From: Stegostoma tigrinum
Taxonomy: Eukaryota
Direction of reading: 5' to 3'
DNA length: 64,000 bases
Assembly: GCF_030684315.1 (NCBI RefSeq)
Contig: NC_081374.1
Location: forward strand, 31,036,630-31,100,629
The position numbers were made by a program, and so were the translations under genes. Below the pieces are notes generated by a model, which was not told where the DNA came from, searched no databases, and was given only the letters and a program-made list of their open reading frames with translations. The stretch's first letter is position 1. Each line of letters begins with the position of its first letter. This document shows, in pieces, positions 50,222 to 64,000 of this stretch.

Positions 50222-53200
50222 TTCTGTCTGCATAGCTGGGCTCGAGTTGGAGGACTTTTTGGCCTGTGGCCTACTCTCCGGACTGTAATGAGACGGATCC
50301 CTGAACAGTAATCACAACAATTGTTGGCTGACCATGTTCAAGACCTTGGACTGAGATTAGTTATTGACCTTGGCTGACATAGCTACTCATACATGGCCAC
50401 TTGTTTAGCACATTCAGGGTGTCTAACATGTAGGCTGCTTGCACATGCTGTAGATGTGACATTGGCATAGCACGGTACCTCAAACAACAAGTCTGCCTTC
50501 TTTCCTGACCATTTCTGTCAAATGTGATAATTTGTCAGATTTAGTGTCTGTGTTGAAAGGCAAGACAAGATGGGACCATTTTGAGGTTGCCAGTTCTGAA
50601 CGTAGTGGCAATGCACCAACAAACAAAGCAAGGCAAGGCAAAGATGCTGCTGGTATCCAAGCAGGCACAAAGTGAATGAACTTTAAGAATGTAAGGTAAG
50701 AGCTCTGAGATGCATGCTGCTCTGATGCACAAAATGGGTGTGTGTCTCTGTGCTCAAACTGGCCTGGTAGCAGCACTGCAATGCAAGTGTTGATGAGCTC
50801 AAAACTGCAGTAATGAAGTGCTGAGAAGTGTTATAATTGAGTTTGAGGTGTGCCTTGATGAAACAGTTAGGATAGCGCTTTGCTGATGCCAACCTCCCTA
50901 GATGAAGTATGCAGGTGGCCACTGCCCTAAGATGTTGGAAAAAGTTGGTCAAGATGGACACCTGGAAAAGATCTCAATGAAATACAGTCCTTGGACACTG
51001 CTTTCTGTGATGCTAGAATTTACCATTATTTATTTTCTCTCTGCACCCTGGGAAAATAGCAACCTGCATAGATAATGAGGTGAGATTAATAATAATGAAA
51101 TGTCATTGCATGCAAATCAGTCTCATGCCTCTCACTAGTAAGATTATCTTCAAGCCGTTGAAAGCTTATGCGGAAAGCTGGACTTTTATTTCTTGATGTC
51201 AAGAATCTAATCTTTCCATTTTCGCCATGATTTCCCAACTGTCTTGCAATTGTCCTCAGCATTATTCAGAGTCTGGAATAAGTCTGCCTCCAACCTCCTA
51301 GTATTCAAACTATCTCATACTGGCAAGGGCATTTGACCCAAAAAGACACGTAAGGTGCCTGAGAATGGTCCCATTTACACAGTGCTTATTCTTTACAGTG
51401 AAACTAATAAAGAAAAAGGATGGATGTAGCAGCTACCAGACGGGCAGAAAACAGGAATGAATAACTCATAAAATGCCCGTGCACCATTCACTAGTTGTGA
51501 TCTTTGATAAAGAAATGCCATGCACTATATTAATTTCTTATGACATGATCAAAATACACTCAAATTGGTCTAGGGCCATGTTGAAGAGGTGAATCATCTT
51601 TTCAGGGATGCAAGCATGTGCCAATCAGGATAAAAGAAGTGATACAGTGGAGTGAATTTGAAGAGGGAAAGAAGTAAGAGCATCAAAAGACAACATTCAT
51701 CAAGATTGTGACCCTTTACAAAATGCTTGTAATATTTAATCTGTTACATGTTATGTTAAATCACTCTTCTAAGCTTTTATATGTGGCAGAGCTTGTTAGC
51801 TTTCTTGCAGTAAAAATGCCTACTTCTGTTAAAAGTGGTTAAGATCTTTTTTTTAAGTCTTAGAAAAGTTTCAGAATTGTTAATTATGAACATTTTATCC
51901 ATTAAATCAACATGTTTGTACAGACTTTAGTACAACTTTATGGTGAATTTAACATTGATGGATCAACACACTCCATTGAAATAGTGGATAGAGAAATGTC
52001 AAATGACTGTGTTGAGCATTCATGCTCTATTGCTGATTACAGTGATATCCAATCTATGTTGTTCATTTTACCCTGTCAAAAATGTTTATTTTCTTGCACA
52101 AGAAATAAATATAATTACAATTCCAAAAAAAAATTAGTTAACTCTGTCAAGAAAGAGCTGGACTGTTCACTGTTTAGCAATTTGAAGCTGTAGGGATAAG
52201 GACAGAATGAGAAAATGGAATACACTTTGGAAACAATGATTCATGTGCTGCTGGGACAAGGAAAATTTCACTTGTGGGAATTAGCAAGCAGCCAATGTTG
52301 AATACTTGAAATGAAAGGCTAAGTAGATTTACGAGTTCCATTGTTTTACCTCAGGGAGAAATTATGCAAAACCTTTTTGCAGAACATTAAAGAAGTAGGG
52401 CAGAGTCCATCTGCATATTAAAGAGATTGTATATAGTCTTTTGGATAATTTGGCTCCATGGGACAAGTCCGAGAAACTGGCGGATCACATCAAACAGCAT
52501 ATCCCTTTGGCTATTTGCAGTGAGCAAGGCACTGGCTGTTCCCAACCAAGCTGCACTTGCAAAACTTAAAACACAATGTTGAACATTAGATGCAATTCTG
52601 TGATTATTCAAAATTTATGGGATTATCCAGAATGTACAAAGAATAACACTTACAACCAATTTAGGATTGTTAGTTGGGCTTGTAGTGTGTTGCAACTGTG
52701 TGTCCTAGCAAGCACACATGTTAATAGACAGAGGCCTGTTCATTGCAGACATAAAGAACATGAACACACACATTGCATCTGTATCAATCCAACAGAATGA
52801 ATGAGAAGCATTTACTTGTTAAGTTCTCAGGATTTCAACATGTATCACCAAGACGAGTTTGGTGGCACCATTATTGACAAAGCCTGTGCGACTTAATTAA
52901 AATTAATTACTATTAATATTATGATTTTTATTATTGGAAAATTCCAATTTTAATGTTGAGGTAAAATAGACTTTCCTTTTCAGTGCTACGAAAGTGACTT
53001 ATTTCTTTGAACAAAGGCCAGAAAGTCATTTTAAACAGTGAACTTAAATATAATTTCCAAAAATGTATGTGGCTTAAGCAAAATGACTCAGTCTAGGTTT
53101 GAGCTGGGGAGTTAAATGATGAAACATTCACAAAGTTAAACTCTTATGACACAAAGAAAGATAGACCTGTAGCCACAGTCAGCTTTCAGGTGAGAAGAAC

Positions 53201-55024
53201 TGTTTCATGCTAGCAGAAGGGCAGTTTAGGATGTGTAACCCAGGCTTTCAGAGCCAGAAAAGAGTTTTAAAACTGTTAAAAACTAACTTAGTGGTTTAAA
53301 TAAGCAAAACATTTCTTAATGCTCAGTCTGCCCAAAGGCCTATTTCTCTGTTTCTTAGGCAGAAGCAGTAATGAAGAGAATCACACTTGGTGAATATGGC
53401 GAATATTGCTGAAAGGAAATAATTGCAAACCACTTTTGCTATTGCTGTTATGATGTAAACTGTGGGATTTATTGGGACAATTTTTAATGTGTTTGCTGTA
53501 ATCTTGGATTTCTGGTTTTGAATTAGAAACTGGTGGGCTTTTGAGTGTGTATAAAGTTAATTATTAACTTGAATGTATTTCTGTAACTATGATGATTTCT
53601 TCTAAAGGATATTTTTGAAGTCTCACTGTAGAATGAATAGATTTTGTACACAAATTAACTTTTCTACATTTCAGGCTGTTTGTGACCCAACATGGTAAAT
53701 AACGGAGTCTTAAAGATTTGTTGGAAAGTTCTGGAATCCGTTTCTTGTTTATATTTAAGAGAAACATCCTTGGCTGACAGAGAGAACTTTTAGCTTCACT
53801 TTTGACTTTAGGTAATCTTAGTCCTGTGAAGACCTTAGGTTAGGATGGCTGAGAAGAAAATGATAGACTAGTGAATTAAAGTACCTTGGAATTAAATACT
53901 AGAGTTAGTCCCGGACCAGAATGTAGGGAGAAAAAAATCACCAGGAAGGAGCCATCTGCAGTTCCAGTTTAAAAGTCGAAGTCACAAGTGAATTAAACCT
54001 ACCAAGGTTTTAAATGCAGGAAATTTGGTCTGGGTGTTACATAAGGGTGCTTTGGAAACCGTACCAGAAGGGATGTTTTGGCTGCTATACAAAAACTGCT
54101 TTGTTTCTTTCTCATTTAGAAAGCAGAGTTCTGGTATTAGTGGATTCTACTTTCACGGTGTGTTTAAAATCTTTGAACTTGTGTTATAAGTAGTTAGTTT
54201 GGGTTATTCTACCTGATCTATGTTCTTTTTGTAATAAACCTCCAGTTTATTGTGAAAGCAAAATGTGCAGCATACATGCTTATGGCTCAGTGAGAGACTG
54301 CATTGTTAAAACAAAAACAAGTAAAAATATGATCTATAAAGCCTTGTTCATGACTGGAATCTGACTTTTCTAGCAATGACATCTGCTGGGGATCATAGCA
54401 CTGTTTATGTTAAACTTTTTCCAAAGTTATAAAGGAAGTGATAATTTAGTGAAAAAAGATCAGTTGTTAGTTAAGTTAATAGCAATTAATAGAAACAAAA
54501 TGTTGTCTAAGGAATATTTGAATGCATACTAATATGCTAAAACAAAACTGTACGGAAATTCGAAGAATTTCTTGATGGCCATGGGGCTGGAGGATTGCCA
54601 AACACCTGTGACAAAAGCCAGATGGGTGGACCAGTTAAATCTCAATTATTCATAAAGAGATAATATAAGCAAAGTGATAAGGCTTCTATTTATAGACAAG
54701 AATAAATAAGTAATGAAATATTATTCCAACTGGCCTAGAAATGTTAAAAGGCAACACATATACACACAAACAGAAAGACATAAGTCACCAGCCTTAGGAT
54801 ATAAATGGGCCAACATTACCACTAATTCCCCAAGGGTGTTGCAAAGATACACTAAAAAAATTACACTGGATTGTGAATGTAGTTTTCATTTCGTCTTATT
54901 TGTTTGAAAATGTTAAATATTCATGCAAGATTTAAATACTGGGCATAAATCTAAAGTAGAATATTCATGTTATAACTATTCTTATTAACTATATAACTAC
55001 TACTTATTATTAAAACAATAGCAT

Positions 55025-55117
55025 CTCTGATGAAGGGTCTAGGCCCGAAAAGTCAGCTTTTGTGCTCCTGAGATGCTGCTTGGCCTGCTATGTTCATTCA
55101 GCTTCACACTTTGTTAT
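55025..55117 (+). mobile_element. Solo ~93 bp family A PLE terminus that starts at the hammerhead motif
   Basis: CTGATGA...GAAAAGTC at 55027-55054. Possible TSD atagcat at 55018-55024 and 55118-55124. Confidence 0.75.
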
Positions 55118-57722
55118 ATAGCATTGAATATTTACTTTTCTTTAATATTCACTATTTTTATAAATGAATTGATTGTATTTAAGTATTATGTTCTCCACTT
55201 CCCTATTAATTTTCAAATGATAATATGTAATATTTATTTCTATAATGTAATTTAAAATTGATCACAATGTTAAGTATTCATAAACAGTAATAATAATATT
55301 ACAGTCTCACAGTTATATCCTAACAATCCCTCCCTATAATTTTTTTAAGATTCTAAATGCTGATAATGGCAATTATTTTTAAAAAAGTGTTTGTTTCTGC
55401 AATATACCAACAGATATGTTTAACCCTGATGTAAATTTGCTCGTTTGAAAATTATTGGGCAGGTGTAGAAGTCATTGCTAGACAATCTGAAGTATAAACC
55501 TGGCAAATAAAAATGCTTGCAGAAATTGTCAAAAGATCAATATGAGGAAGAAACCTGCTGCCCTTGACCTCATCGTCACCCATCTACCTGTGGCAGACAC
55601 ATCTGACCATAATGGTGTTGGTAGGAGTGATTACTTCATGGCCTTTTGTTAGGAAGGGGAGGTCGAATCCCCCCCACCCACTGATAATCAAAATTAAAAT
55701 ATAAGCTTTCAATCCACTATGGTCATAATAGAGGTCCCCTTCTAATAATTAAACCCAAAACACCCAAAGAAGCTCACCTCACCTCAACTAATCAGTTAAA
55801 AAAGAGTGTTTAAATGAAAGAAAATCTCTGATATTCACTTTATTAGCAACAAGTAATAATTTATTTATTTAACCCTAAAAGTAAACAAATTAACAGAATT
55901 ACTAACAAATCGAACAATTCCCCCTTAACTACTAACTCTTCCCAAACAGAACAAAATTCAAATTGTATGCAGTTCCAGTAAATACAAGTCACACTTATAA
56001 AAACCCAAGTAATAATGAAAAAAACCTAGCCTGTCAAAAGTGCAGCCAGGTTAAATTTTCTGGAATGTTCTTTGCTGGTCCTGTCAGGAATGCTTTCTCT
56101 GTAATTTTTTCTATCAGGAATCTTAGCTAGGCATGCCATGGTACCTTTATGAATCGGTCATGCTTTCTCAGAGAGCTTAGTGATTTGTGTGACAGCCGGC
56201 TATTTACTCTTCAGATGGCAGTTCCCTTTCATTCTGATTTTCAAAAACTGCCTTCATATATACCCCTAATGACTTGTCAATTTTCTAATAATAGGATTGG
56301 TCTGAGGTTGTCAAGACCATCAGATTCAAATTCAATTGGCTTCCAATCTGTAAGCGCTTTGTTTAAATTAATTGGGTGATCTTTAAGCTAGCTGCCAAAA
56401 CATCAAAACAAGCCTAAAGTTTCCCATCACACAGAGAAGTGAAACATGTTTCAATTTCAGAATTTCTGTGCCTCTTCAGCTGCTTACAAACACATTTTTA
56501 TTTAAATCTCCAAGCTAAGAAACACACATCACCTGTTAAAGGGACTACACATACCTCCCTCCAATCATTTTTATAGACAAATTCTAACTTCCTGCCTTCA
56601 AATTCACAAGTACTCTACACATTTTTGTAACAATTTGTGCAGATGAACTTCCTTCTTAATGCTGAAGATATCTTCTATCACCAATGTGTTAAAATGAAAA
56701 CAATAAGAATAGACCCAGCATCTGAAAACTGGCATCCATATGGCACTCTGGGCAGAGTTGCATTTGAAACAAACTTTAAACCTTATGCTTGCCATACTCC
56801 CTTGCTCCAACATTACCACCAAGCCAATGCAACAACATTATTTCAATGCTGAGTTTAGAATGTCATGCCAGTAGGAATATCAGCGATGTTTAACAACGAG
56901 GTGGTTGATCTGGTGAAGCCACGTTAGCTGACCGATATACATACAATACTGTAGACTGCTTAGACACTGCCAAGCAATCCCACAACGTATGGTTCAGGCC
57001 AAAACTCTGCAGTTTTGCTACATCTAGTCTTGAATGATGTTAAACAATTAACCAATGAACCAGACTAAATTAGTTCTCAAATCTTCAGTTATAGGGAATT
57101 CCAATACATGAGTGCAAAAGACAATGTTAAAATGTCTGCATTCATTTTCAGTCAGACTTGGCCAGTAAAAAAAAATCTTCACTGCCTGCTGAAGCTCCCA
57201 TTACAAGAATGTGGTTTTATACTATTGTTGTAAATTCATATCTTGAGCTCTATGTGATTTCAGTCCATGATGAATTAAAAGTTTTCACTTTGGTGAACAA
57301 GGATGCTTTACAAAGCATGACACTGGTGATGATGAGAAGCAGAAGGAATGCGTGAAGATGATTCATCCACATCCAGAGGGTCTGGGTTTTATATTCCTCA
57401 CTGTTTGTGAATGAAGAGCTGACGTGAACTAAACAGTCATGTTAATAGAATGACTGAGAGAGATTGAAAAGAGGTTAGTATATCTTTCTGGCTCCATGTT
57501 GATATATCTGACATTGCCATGTAGGGTTTTTGATGTGTTATGATTTAGTGGCAGTATGCTTGGATTATAATAATCAAAAGTAGTACTGGCATTAGACTTT
57601 TGATCCTGTCATCATAGCAGAATTGTAAAGGGTGATTTATCTGTGTTCTTACAGTAAATCATCATCTCAATAACAATCATAACAAAGGATCATATCATCA
57701 TGCTGAAATCACACGGAGTACT

Positions 57723-59801
57723 CAAGATAATAAAATGTGAGGCTGGATGAACGCGGCAGGCCCAGCAGCATCTCAGGAGCACAAAAGCTGATGTTTCGGG
57801 CCTGGGCCCTTCATCAGAGAGGGGGATGGGGTGAGGGTTCTGGAATAAATAGGGAGAGAGGGGGAGGCGGACCGAAGATGAAGAGTAAAGAAGATAGGTG
57901 GAGAGGAGAGTATAGGTGCGGAGGTAGGGAGGGGATAGGTCAGTCCAGGGAAGACGGACAGGTCAAGGAGGTGGGGAGAGGTTAGTAGGTAGGAGATGGA
58001 GGTGCGGCTTGGGGTGGGAGGAAGGGATGGGTGAGAGGATGAACAGGTTAGGGAGGCAGAGACAGGTTGGACTGGTTTTGGGATGCAGTGGGTAGAGGGG
58101 AAGAGCTGGGCTGGTTGTGTGGTGCAGTGGGGGGAGGTGACGAACTGGGCTGGTTTTGGGATGCGGTGGGAGAAGGGGAGATTTTGAAGCTGGTGAAGTC
58201 CACATTGATACCATTGGGCTGCAGGGTTCCCAAGTGGAATATGAGTTGTTGTTCTTGCAACCTTCGGGTGGCATCATTGTAGCACTGCAGGAGGCCCATG
58301 ATGGACATGTCATCTAAAGAATGTGAGGGGGAGTGGAAATGGTTTGCGACTGGGAGGTGCAGTTGTTTATTGCGAACTGAGCGGAGGTGTTCTGCAAAGC
58401 GGTCCCCAAGCCTCCGCTTGGTTTCCCCAATGCACAGGAAGCCACACCGGGTACAATGGATGCAGTATACCACATTGGCAGATGTGCAGGTGAACCTCTG
58501 CTTAATATGGAAAGTCATCTTGGGGCCTGGGATAGGGGTGAGGGAGGAGGTGTGGGGGCAAGTGTAGCATTTCCTGCGGTTGCAGGGGAAGGTGCCGGGT
58601 GTGGTGGGGTTGGAGGGCAGTGTGGAGCGAACAAGGGAGTCACGGAGAGAGTGGTCTCTCCAGAAAGCAGACAAGGGTGGGGATGGAAAAATGTCTTGGG
58701 TGGTGGGGTCGGATTGTAGATGGCGGAAGTGTCGGAGGATGATGTGTTGTATCCGGAGGTTGGTGGTGGGGTGGTGTGTGAGAACGAGGGGGATCCTCTT
58801 TGGGCGGTTGTGGCGGGGGCGGGGTGTGAGGGATGTGTTGCAGGAAATGCGGGAGACGCGGTCAAGGGCGTTTTCAACCACTGTGGGGGGAAAGTTGCAG
58901 TCCTTGAAGAACTTGGACATCTGGGATGTGCGGGAGTGGAATGCCTCTTCGTGGGAGCAGATGCGGCGGAGGCGGAAGAATTGGGAAAAGGGGATGGAAT
59001 TTTTGCAGGAGGGTGGGTGGGAGGAGGCGTATTCTATGTAGCTGTGGGAGTCAGTGGGCTTAAAATGGACATCAGTTACAAGCTGGTTGCCTGAGATGGA
59101 GACTGAGAGGTCCAGGAAGGTGAGGGATGTGCTGGAGATGGCCCAGGTGAACTGAAGATTGGGGTGGAAGGTGTTGGTGAAGTGGATGAACTGTTCGAGC
59201 TCCTCTGGGGAGCAAGAGGCGGCGCCGATACAGTCATCAATGTAACGGAGGAAGAGGTGGGGTTTGGGGCCTGTGTAGGTGCGGAAGAGGGACTGTTCCA
59301 CGTAACCTACAAAGATGCAGGCATAGCTGGGGCCCATGCGGGTGCCCATGGCCACCCCCTTTGCCTGTAGGAAGTGGGAGGAATCGAAAGAGAAGTTGTT
59401 GAGGGTGAGGACGATTTCTGCTCAGCGGATGAGGGTGTCGGTGGAGGGGGACTGGTCGGGCCTGCGGTACAGGAAGAAGCAGAGGGCCTTGAGGCCATCT
59501 GCATGCGGAATACAGGTGTATAGGGACTGGACGTCCATGGTGAAAATGAGGTGTTGGGGGCCAGGGAATTGGAAGTCCTGGAGGAGGTGGAGGGCGTGGT
59601 TGGTGTCACGGACGTAGGTGGGGAGTTTTTGGACCAAAGGGGAGAAAATGGAGTCCAGATAGGTGGAGATGAGTTCGGTGGGGCAGGAACAGGCTGAGAC
59701 AATGGGTCGACCAGGGCAGGCAGGTTTGTGGATTTTGGGAAGGAGATAGAAATGGGCCGTGCGGGGTTGGGGAATAATAAGGTTGGAGGCAGTGGGTATG
59801 T
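57723..59801 (-). mobile_element. Neptune-type PLE family A, 5'-truncated copy with RT, Cys linker and GIY-YIG
   Basis: One reading frame (59422-59850 plus 58048-59355) broken by a single TGA at 59422-59424. Motifs: LPKIHK, GRPIVS, DVQSLYT, AMGTRMGPSYA, RYIDD, CNRRKCYTC, and VYCI..CIGET (YIG mutated to CIG). TSD ggagtact at 57715-57722 and 59802-59809. Hammerhead at 57790-57817. Confidence 0.95.
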
Positions 59802-60489
59802 GGAGTACTGTTGTCATGTATTCACTTTGGATTGCGCAATATAAGCTCATTAGAAACCTGAATCAGCAGTTGGTACGCATTTGTGGCAAAACATTTGTGA
59901 TACGTATGGCTTATTATTCTATTCGGCACATTGGAAAAGTTGCTATCCTTTCTTCTTCTAGTGATTTGTGACTACAATGTTTTCCTTTACCTATAAGTGA
60001 ATGCAGTTTTATTTTAGTAGGTTTTTGTAAATTCATTTATTCACATTATCACACATAATACTGTTCCTACAAGTGTACTTCTTACTGGCATAGTCTGCTC
60101 GATTCTTTCTTCACAGTCTCTTGTGAATGACGGCTGTTGCTGCTATTACATTGTTCCATACATTACTATTGCATTATCCCATCTGTTCTCTTTTTATTAC
60201 AATAATGCCAGGAGTGATATTGTTCCCTGATGATTGCCTTAACATCTGCTGAGTGCCTATTAGGCAAAAGTTTAACAAGACCAACCATAGATATACCGTA
60301 GCTGCTTCAGCAAGTCAGAAACTCACAAGTGAAATGTAATACATTTCCTGCTGCCTAAAGCCTATCCACCATTTCCAATGTGCAAGTTGGGAGTATGTTA
60401 GAATAGCCTTCAATTTCAGGGATGAGTGCTCGTGCAACAACATTCAGAAACTTGTTAACATTCAGGGCTATATCTCAGGGCCCATTTGA

Positions 60490-61265
60490 TTCACAGTGGT
60501 AGAGAAAAATGGCAAGAGTATCTTAGATTGTTGGTGCATGTGTTCAGTGTTCTGTATCTTCTGCCTGATGGAAGAGGTTTTAGAAGAGCATTACCAAGGT
60601 GGGATGGGTCTTTTCATGATGTTGTCAGCTTTTCTGCAGCAATGAGAGATGTAATGGATTCCATGGATGGAAGGTTGTCTTCCAAGATAGCCTGAGATGT
60701 GCACACAATCTTTGTAGATTCTTACGGTCCTGGACAGAGTGGTTGCTGTACCAGGCCATTATGTACCCAGAGAGCATGCTTTCTACGGTGCGTCTATAAA
60801 AGTTGGTGAGGGTCTTTTTGGACATACCAAGTTTCCTAACACACCTGAGGAAAAAGTGGTGTGGTGTGTCTTCTTGACCTTTGCATCTTTGGGAGATCCA
60901 GGGCAGGTTGTTGGTTATTGTCATTTCTCCACTCTGTTGACATAGATGGGAGCATGTTCTTCTCTGTTCTTTCTGAAGTCAATGATCAGATTTTTTTTGT
61001 TCTGCTGACATTGAGAGAGAGGTTGTTAACATTGGACTATGAATCAAGCTTTCTATCTCCTTTCTGTATTCTCACTCATTGTTGTTTGATATCCATCCTA
61101 TCATGGTAGTGTTATAAGCAAACTAGTAGATGGTATTCATTTGGAATTTGGCTACACGGTCATGGGTGTACAGGGAGTATCACAGGGGACTGAAAATCCA
61201 TCCCTGGGGGCTTCAGTTTTGCATGTTATCATGAAGAATGTGCAGTTGTCTATCTTCACTGATTG
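60490..61265 (-). mobile_element. Rex1/Babar-like LINE fragment, apparently nested in an older LINE (60340-60470 and 61295-61410)
   Basis: FFLRCVRKLGMSKKTLTNFYRRTVESMLSGYIMAWY...DRKNLQR resembles the Rex1/Babar C-terminal RT region. Confidence 0.7.
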
Positions 61266-62267
61266 CTGAAAAGTACTGTGGATGTATTTTCAATACATGG
61301 ACAGCAGCAGTTCAAGAAGGCAGTTCCTTACAATCTTAAGAAGAGCATTTAGGGTTTGTAACACATGTTGGCCAAGTCAAGGCTCCTGAAATCCCATAAA
61401 TGAATTAAAAATAATCTTTTGTCTCATTTACTGAATAGATAATGCTTTCTATGACACCAACATATAACAGGATGTTTTGGTTTCTTATTTGAAACCAAAA
61501 AATTATTGAGAGAGGAAAGAAACATTGCCTAACTTAAATAAGATGTTTACAATATGAGGAGAGAATGTTTTGCACTAGTGCTCACATATTCCATTGATAA
61601 TCAGCCAAATTCAAATTAATACCATGTCCAATTCTCATCTAGCATTGGATCCTCTATAGATGGGGATGGATCACAAGGCAAACATTCAAACTGAAGTTTT
61701 GAGAATGGTACTTCAAATCACAACAGTGAAACTCAAAAGGTATGTTAGTCATTGGCACTTCAGGATTGCTGCCTGTTAATATGTGTCACATTCCACACTC
61801 ATCTTTAAAAATTTTGTATTTGCCATCATTGCTGCTGCTAGTCATGATGTAGTAAGTGACTGGATTTTACAGAGTTCAGAGAGGTTGATAAAAAATGATG
61901 CAAATCCCATGGAACACAAGGTTAGGATCCAAGATTCCATTTAATTTAAGATTCTTTTGGAAGATGGGGAGCATTTTCCAGGCTCTCAAACTGCAGTCGG
62001 CCAGAAAAATAAGAGGGAGCTATTTGGGGATCGCTCCCTGGCTCAATCCAGCTGCCAAGGAAGTCTTCCCATAGAGGAATTGGACACAGATCAGCTGTCC
62101 ATGAAATGGAAACAAGCATTAACATAATTAAATGAGCTAACATAGGCCTTTCCTAGGCAGTTGGCCTCCAGATTCATGGAGGTGGCTGCCCAGCAACTGT
62201 CCTTGTGACTCAGTCTGGTTGCAGAACCCATTTCCTGACGAAGGACCAAGAATAATGTAAAGCACTT

Positions 62268-62598
62268 CCACAGTGGCTCAGTGGTTAGCATTGCTGCCTC
62301 ACAGTGCCAGGAACCCAGGTTTGATTTCATCCTCGGGTGACTGTCTGTGAGGAGTTTGCACATTCTCCCCGCATCTGTGTGGGTTTCTTCCAAGTGCTCC
62401 AGTTTCCTCACACAGTCCAAAGATGTGAAGACTAGATGGATTGGCCATGCTAAATTGCCCATAGTGTTCAGGGGTATGTTGATTGGGGGTGGGGGTGGGG
62501 GGGCGGGGGCACTGCGATGGGTCTGGGTGGGATGCTCTGTGGGTTGGTGTGGACTTGTTGGGCCGAAAGGCCTATTTCCATACTGTAGGGATTCAATG
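62268..62598 (+). mobile_element. HE1-type V-SINE
   Basis: Homologous to 14392-14742. Confidence 0.88.
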
Positions 62599-62984
62599 TG
62601 CTTCCAAGAGGGGCTATTTGCCTGGCCCACCTGATTTTAAGTTTTCACACTTATAGCCATTTTGAAATATTCTCTTGATTCCTAACATGCTTCAAGAGCT
62701 CCCACCCTTCCTGATGGGGTTGCCAAGGCTCCAGGGCCCCCTGATTGAACCAGCAGCATCTGTATCTGACTTGTCATTAGGGGGATAACAATTTGGAGAG
62801 AGGTTGCCTCTTGGAAAATTGCAGAGCCAGTCTTCACTGTTGGCAAGAGTTGACTTAGGACCCGTTTTGGTCCCATATTGGAGACCAGAAGTCCAGACAA
62901 AGATCCTGCCCCATATAGTTTCATCTGGTTTCTAACATGTTCAAATAAATTGAGAACAGCTGAGCACCACATCCAATCTCTCCA

Positions 62985-63335
62985 TAACCGTTGCTCAGTA
63001 GCAGCAGTATTTACTATCAACAAAATGCACTGCAGAAATTCACCAAGGCTCCTTAGTCAGCACCTTCCAAATCCATGATCCAAAAAGAGCAGCCGATATG
63101 TATGAACACCACCACTGCAAGTTCCCCTCCAAGCCACTCACCATCCTAACTTTGAAACATGTTGTCATTCCTTCACAATCGCTGGATCAAAATTCTGAAC
63201 AGAATTGCGAATCTGCCTACAGCATATGGGCTGCAACGGTTCGCAAAGGCAGCTCACACCACCTTCTGATGTGCATCCAAGGATGGGCAGTAAATGTTGG
63301 CCAGCCAGTAATGCCCATGTCCCATGACCAAATTT
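62985..63335 (+). mobile_element. LINE 3' fragment (CR1/L2 group)
   Basis: Homologous to 42290-42590; tail ggatgggcagtaaatgttggccagcc. Confidence 0.7.
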
Positions 63336-64000
63336 TAAAAATAACTGTTGTGGATTATGTTGGAAATTTTACATTTTATACATTTCTAAACAGGAAATCT
63401 ACTAAATGTTTTGAGATAAAACATTATGGTTTTGTTTGTTTGAATATGTTGATGAATAATAGAGAAGGTGACACATATGTAGTTATTAATTGACTGAATA
63501 ATTAGAATAATGTACTAAAACTAAAATTGGATACAGTCAATGAAAACATCAAAATGAGCACTAGTTAATCCTTTGATCAACTGACACGACTGCTAAGATG
63601 TACCGTGAACTGTTAATTGCCACCATAACGCTCATTCTTTGAATGATTAAATCTAAGTGTGATGTGGAAATTACCCTCCTTTTTCAGTGAACATTTTTTT
63701 AACTGTTTTGCAAGTTGAAAGAGGATTCATGTTGCACTGTTGGCTGATAACTGCTATCATGTAACTATTACTGTTTCTTCAGCTTTAGGATGTAGGATAA
63801 TCATAAGCAAGGGATCAATGTAAGAGATGAAAACTCTTAAAAGCCAAAATGATTGATAAATTAAGGCATCTGTGATTAATTTAAACAAATTCATACTTAA
63901 AGCTATACCAGTTTCAAAGTTCATCTTAGAACTAGCTTCTTAGATATTTGACTACAAGAAACATGCTGTGAATCTTTTCACTTTATAAGATTCTCATTTA

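Noticed and set aside
50480-57355. Search for exons of expected neighbours such as LGR6 among the short ORFs
   Set aside because: No LRR or 7TM peptide and no coherent exon chain recognised.
58580-59617. Plus-strand ORFs over the long PLE
   Set aside because: Antisense shadows of the GC-rich RT-endonuclease frame.

Overview
Repeat-rich vertebrate genomic DNA, most likely from a shark (inferred from HE1-type V-SINEs, HER1/CR1 LINEs and a DeuSINE-like element). The one clearly supported host gene is UBE2T (FANCT, E2 ubiquitin-conjugating enzyme) on the + strand: six coding exons from 15978/15981 to 31026 (about 202-203 aa), behind a CpG-rich promoter with a minisatellite and a CDE/CHR-like motif. 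The rest is mostly decayed CR1, L2-like and Rex1 LINEs, SINEs and possible solo LTRs. The most striking signal is a dense set of Penelope-like elements (PLEs) from at least four families, each with a minimal hammerhead-ribozyme motif near its 3' end. Nine insertions from three of these families are palindromes of about 0.16-1.6 kb. In each, one arm has a roughly 33-37 nt extra tail, and eight have 12-16 bp target-site duplications (TSDs). The smallest are non-coding, MITE-like hairpins. The largest forms a ~770 bp stem carrying an intact GIY-YIG domain inside the last UBE2T intron. All calls come from reading the sequence by eye; no alignments or database searches were run.
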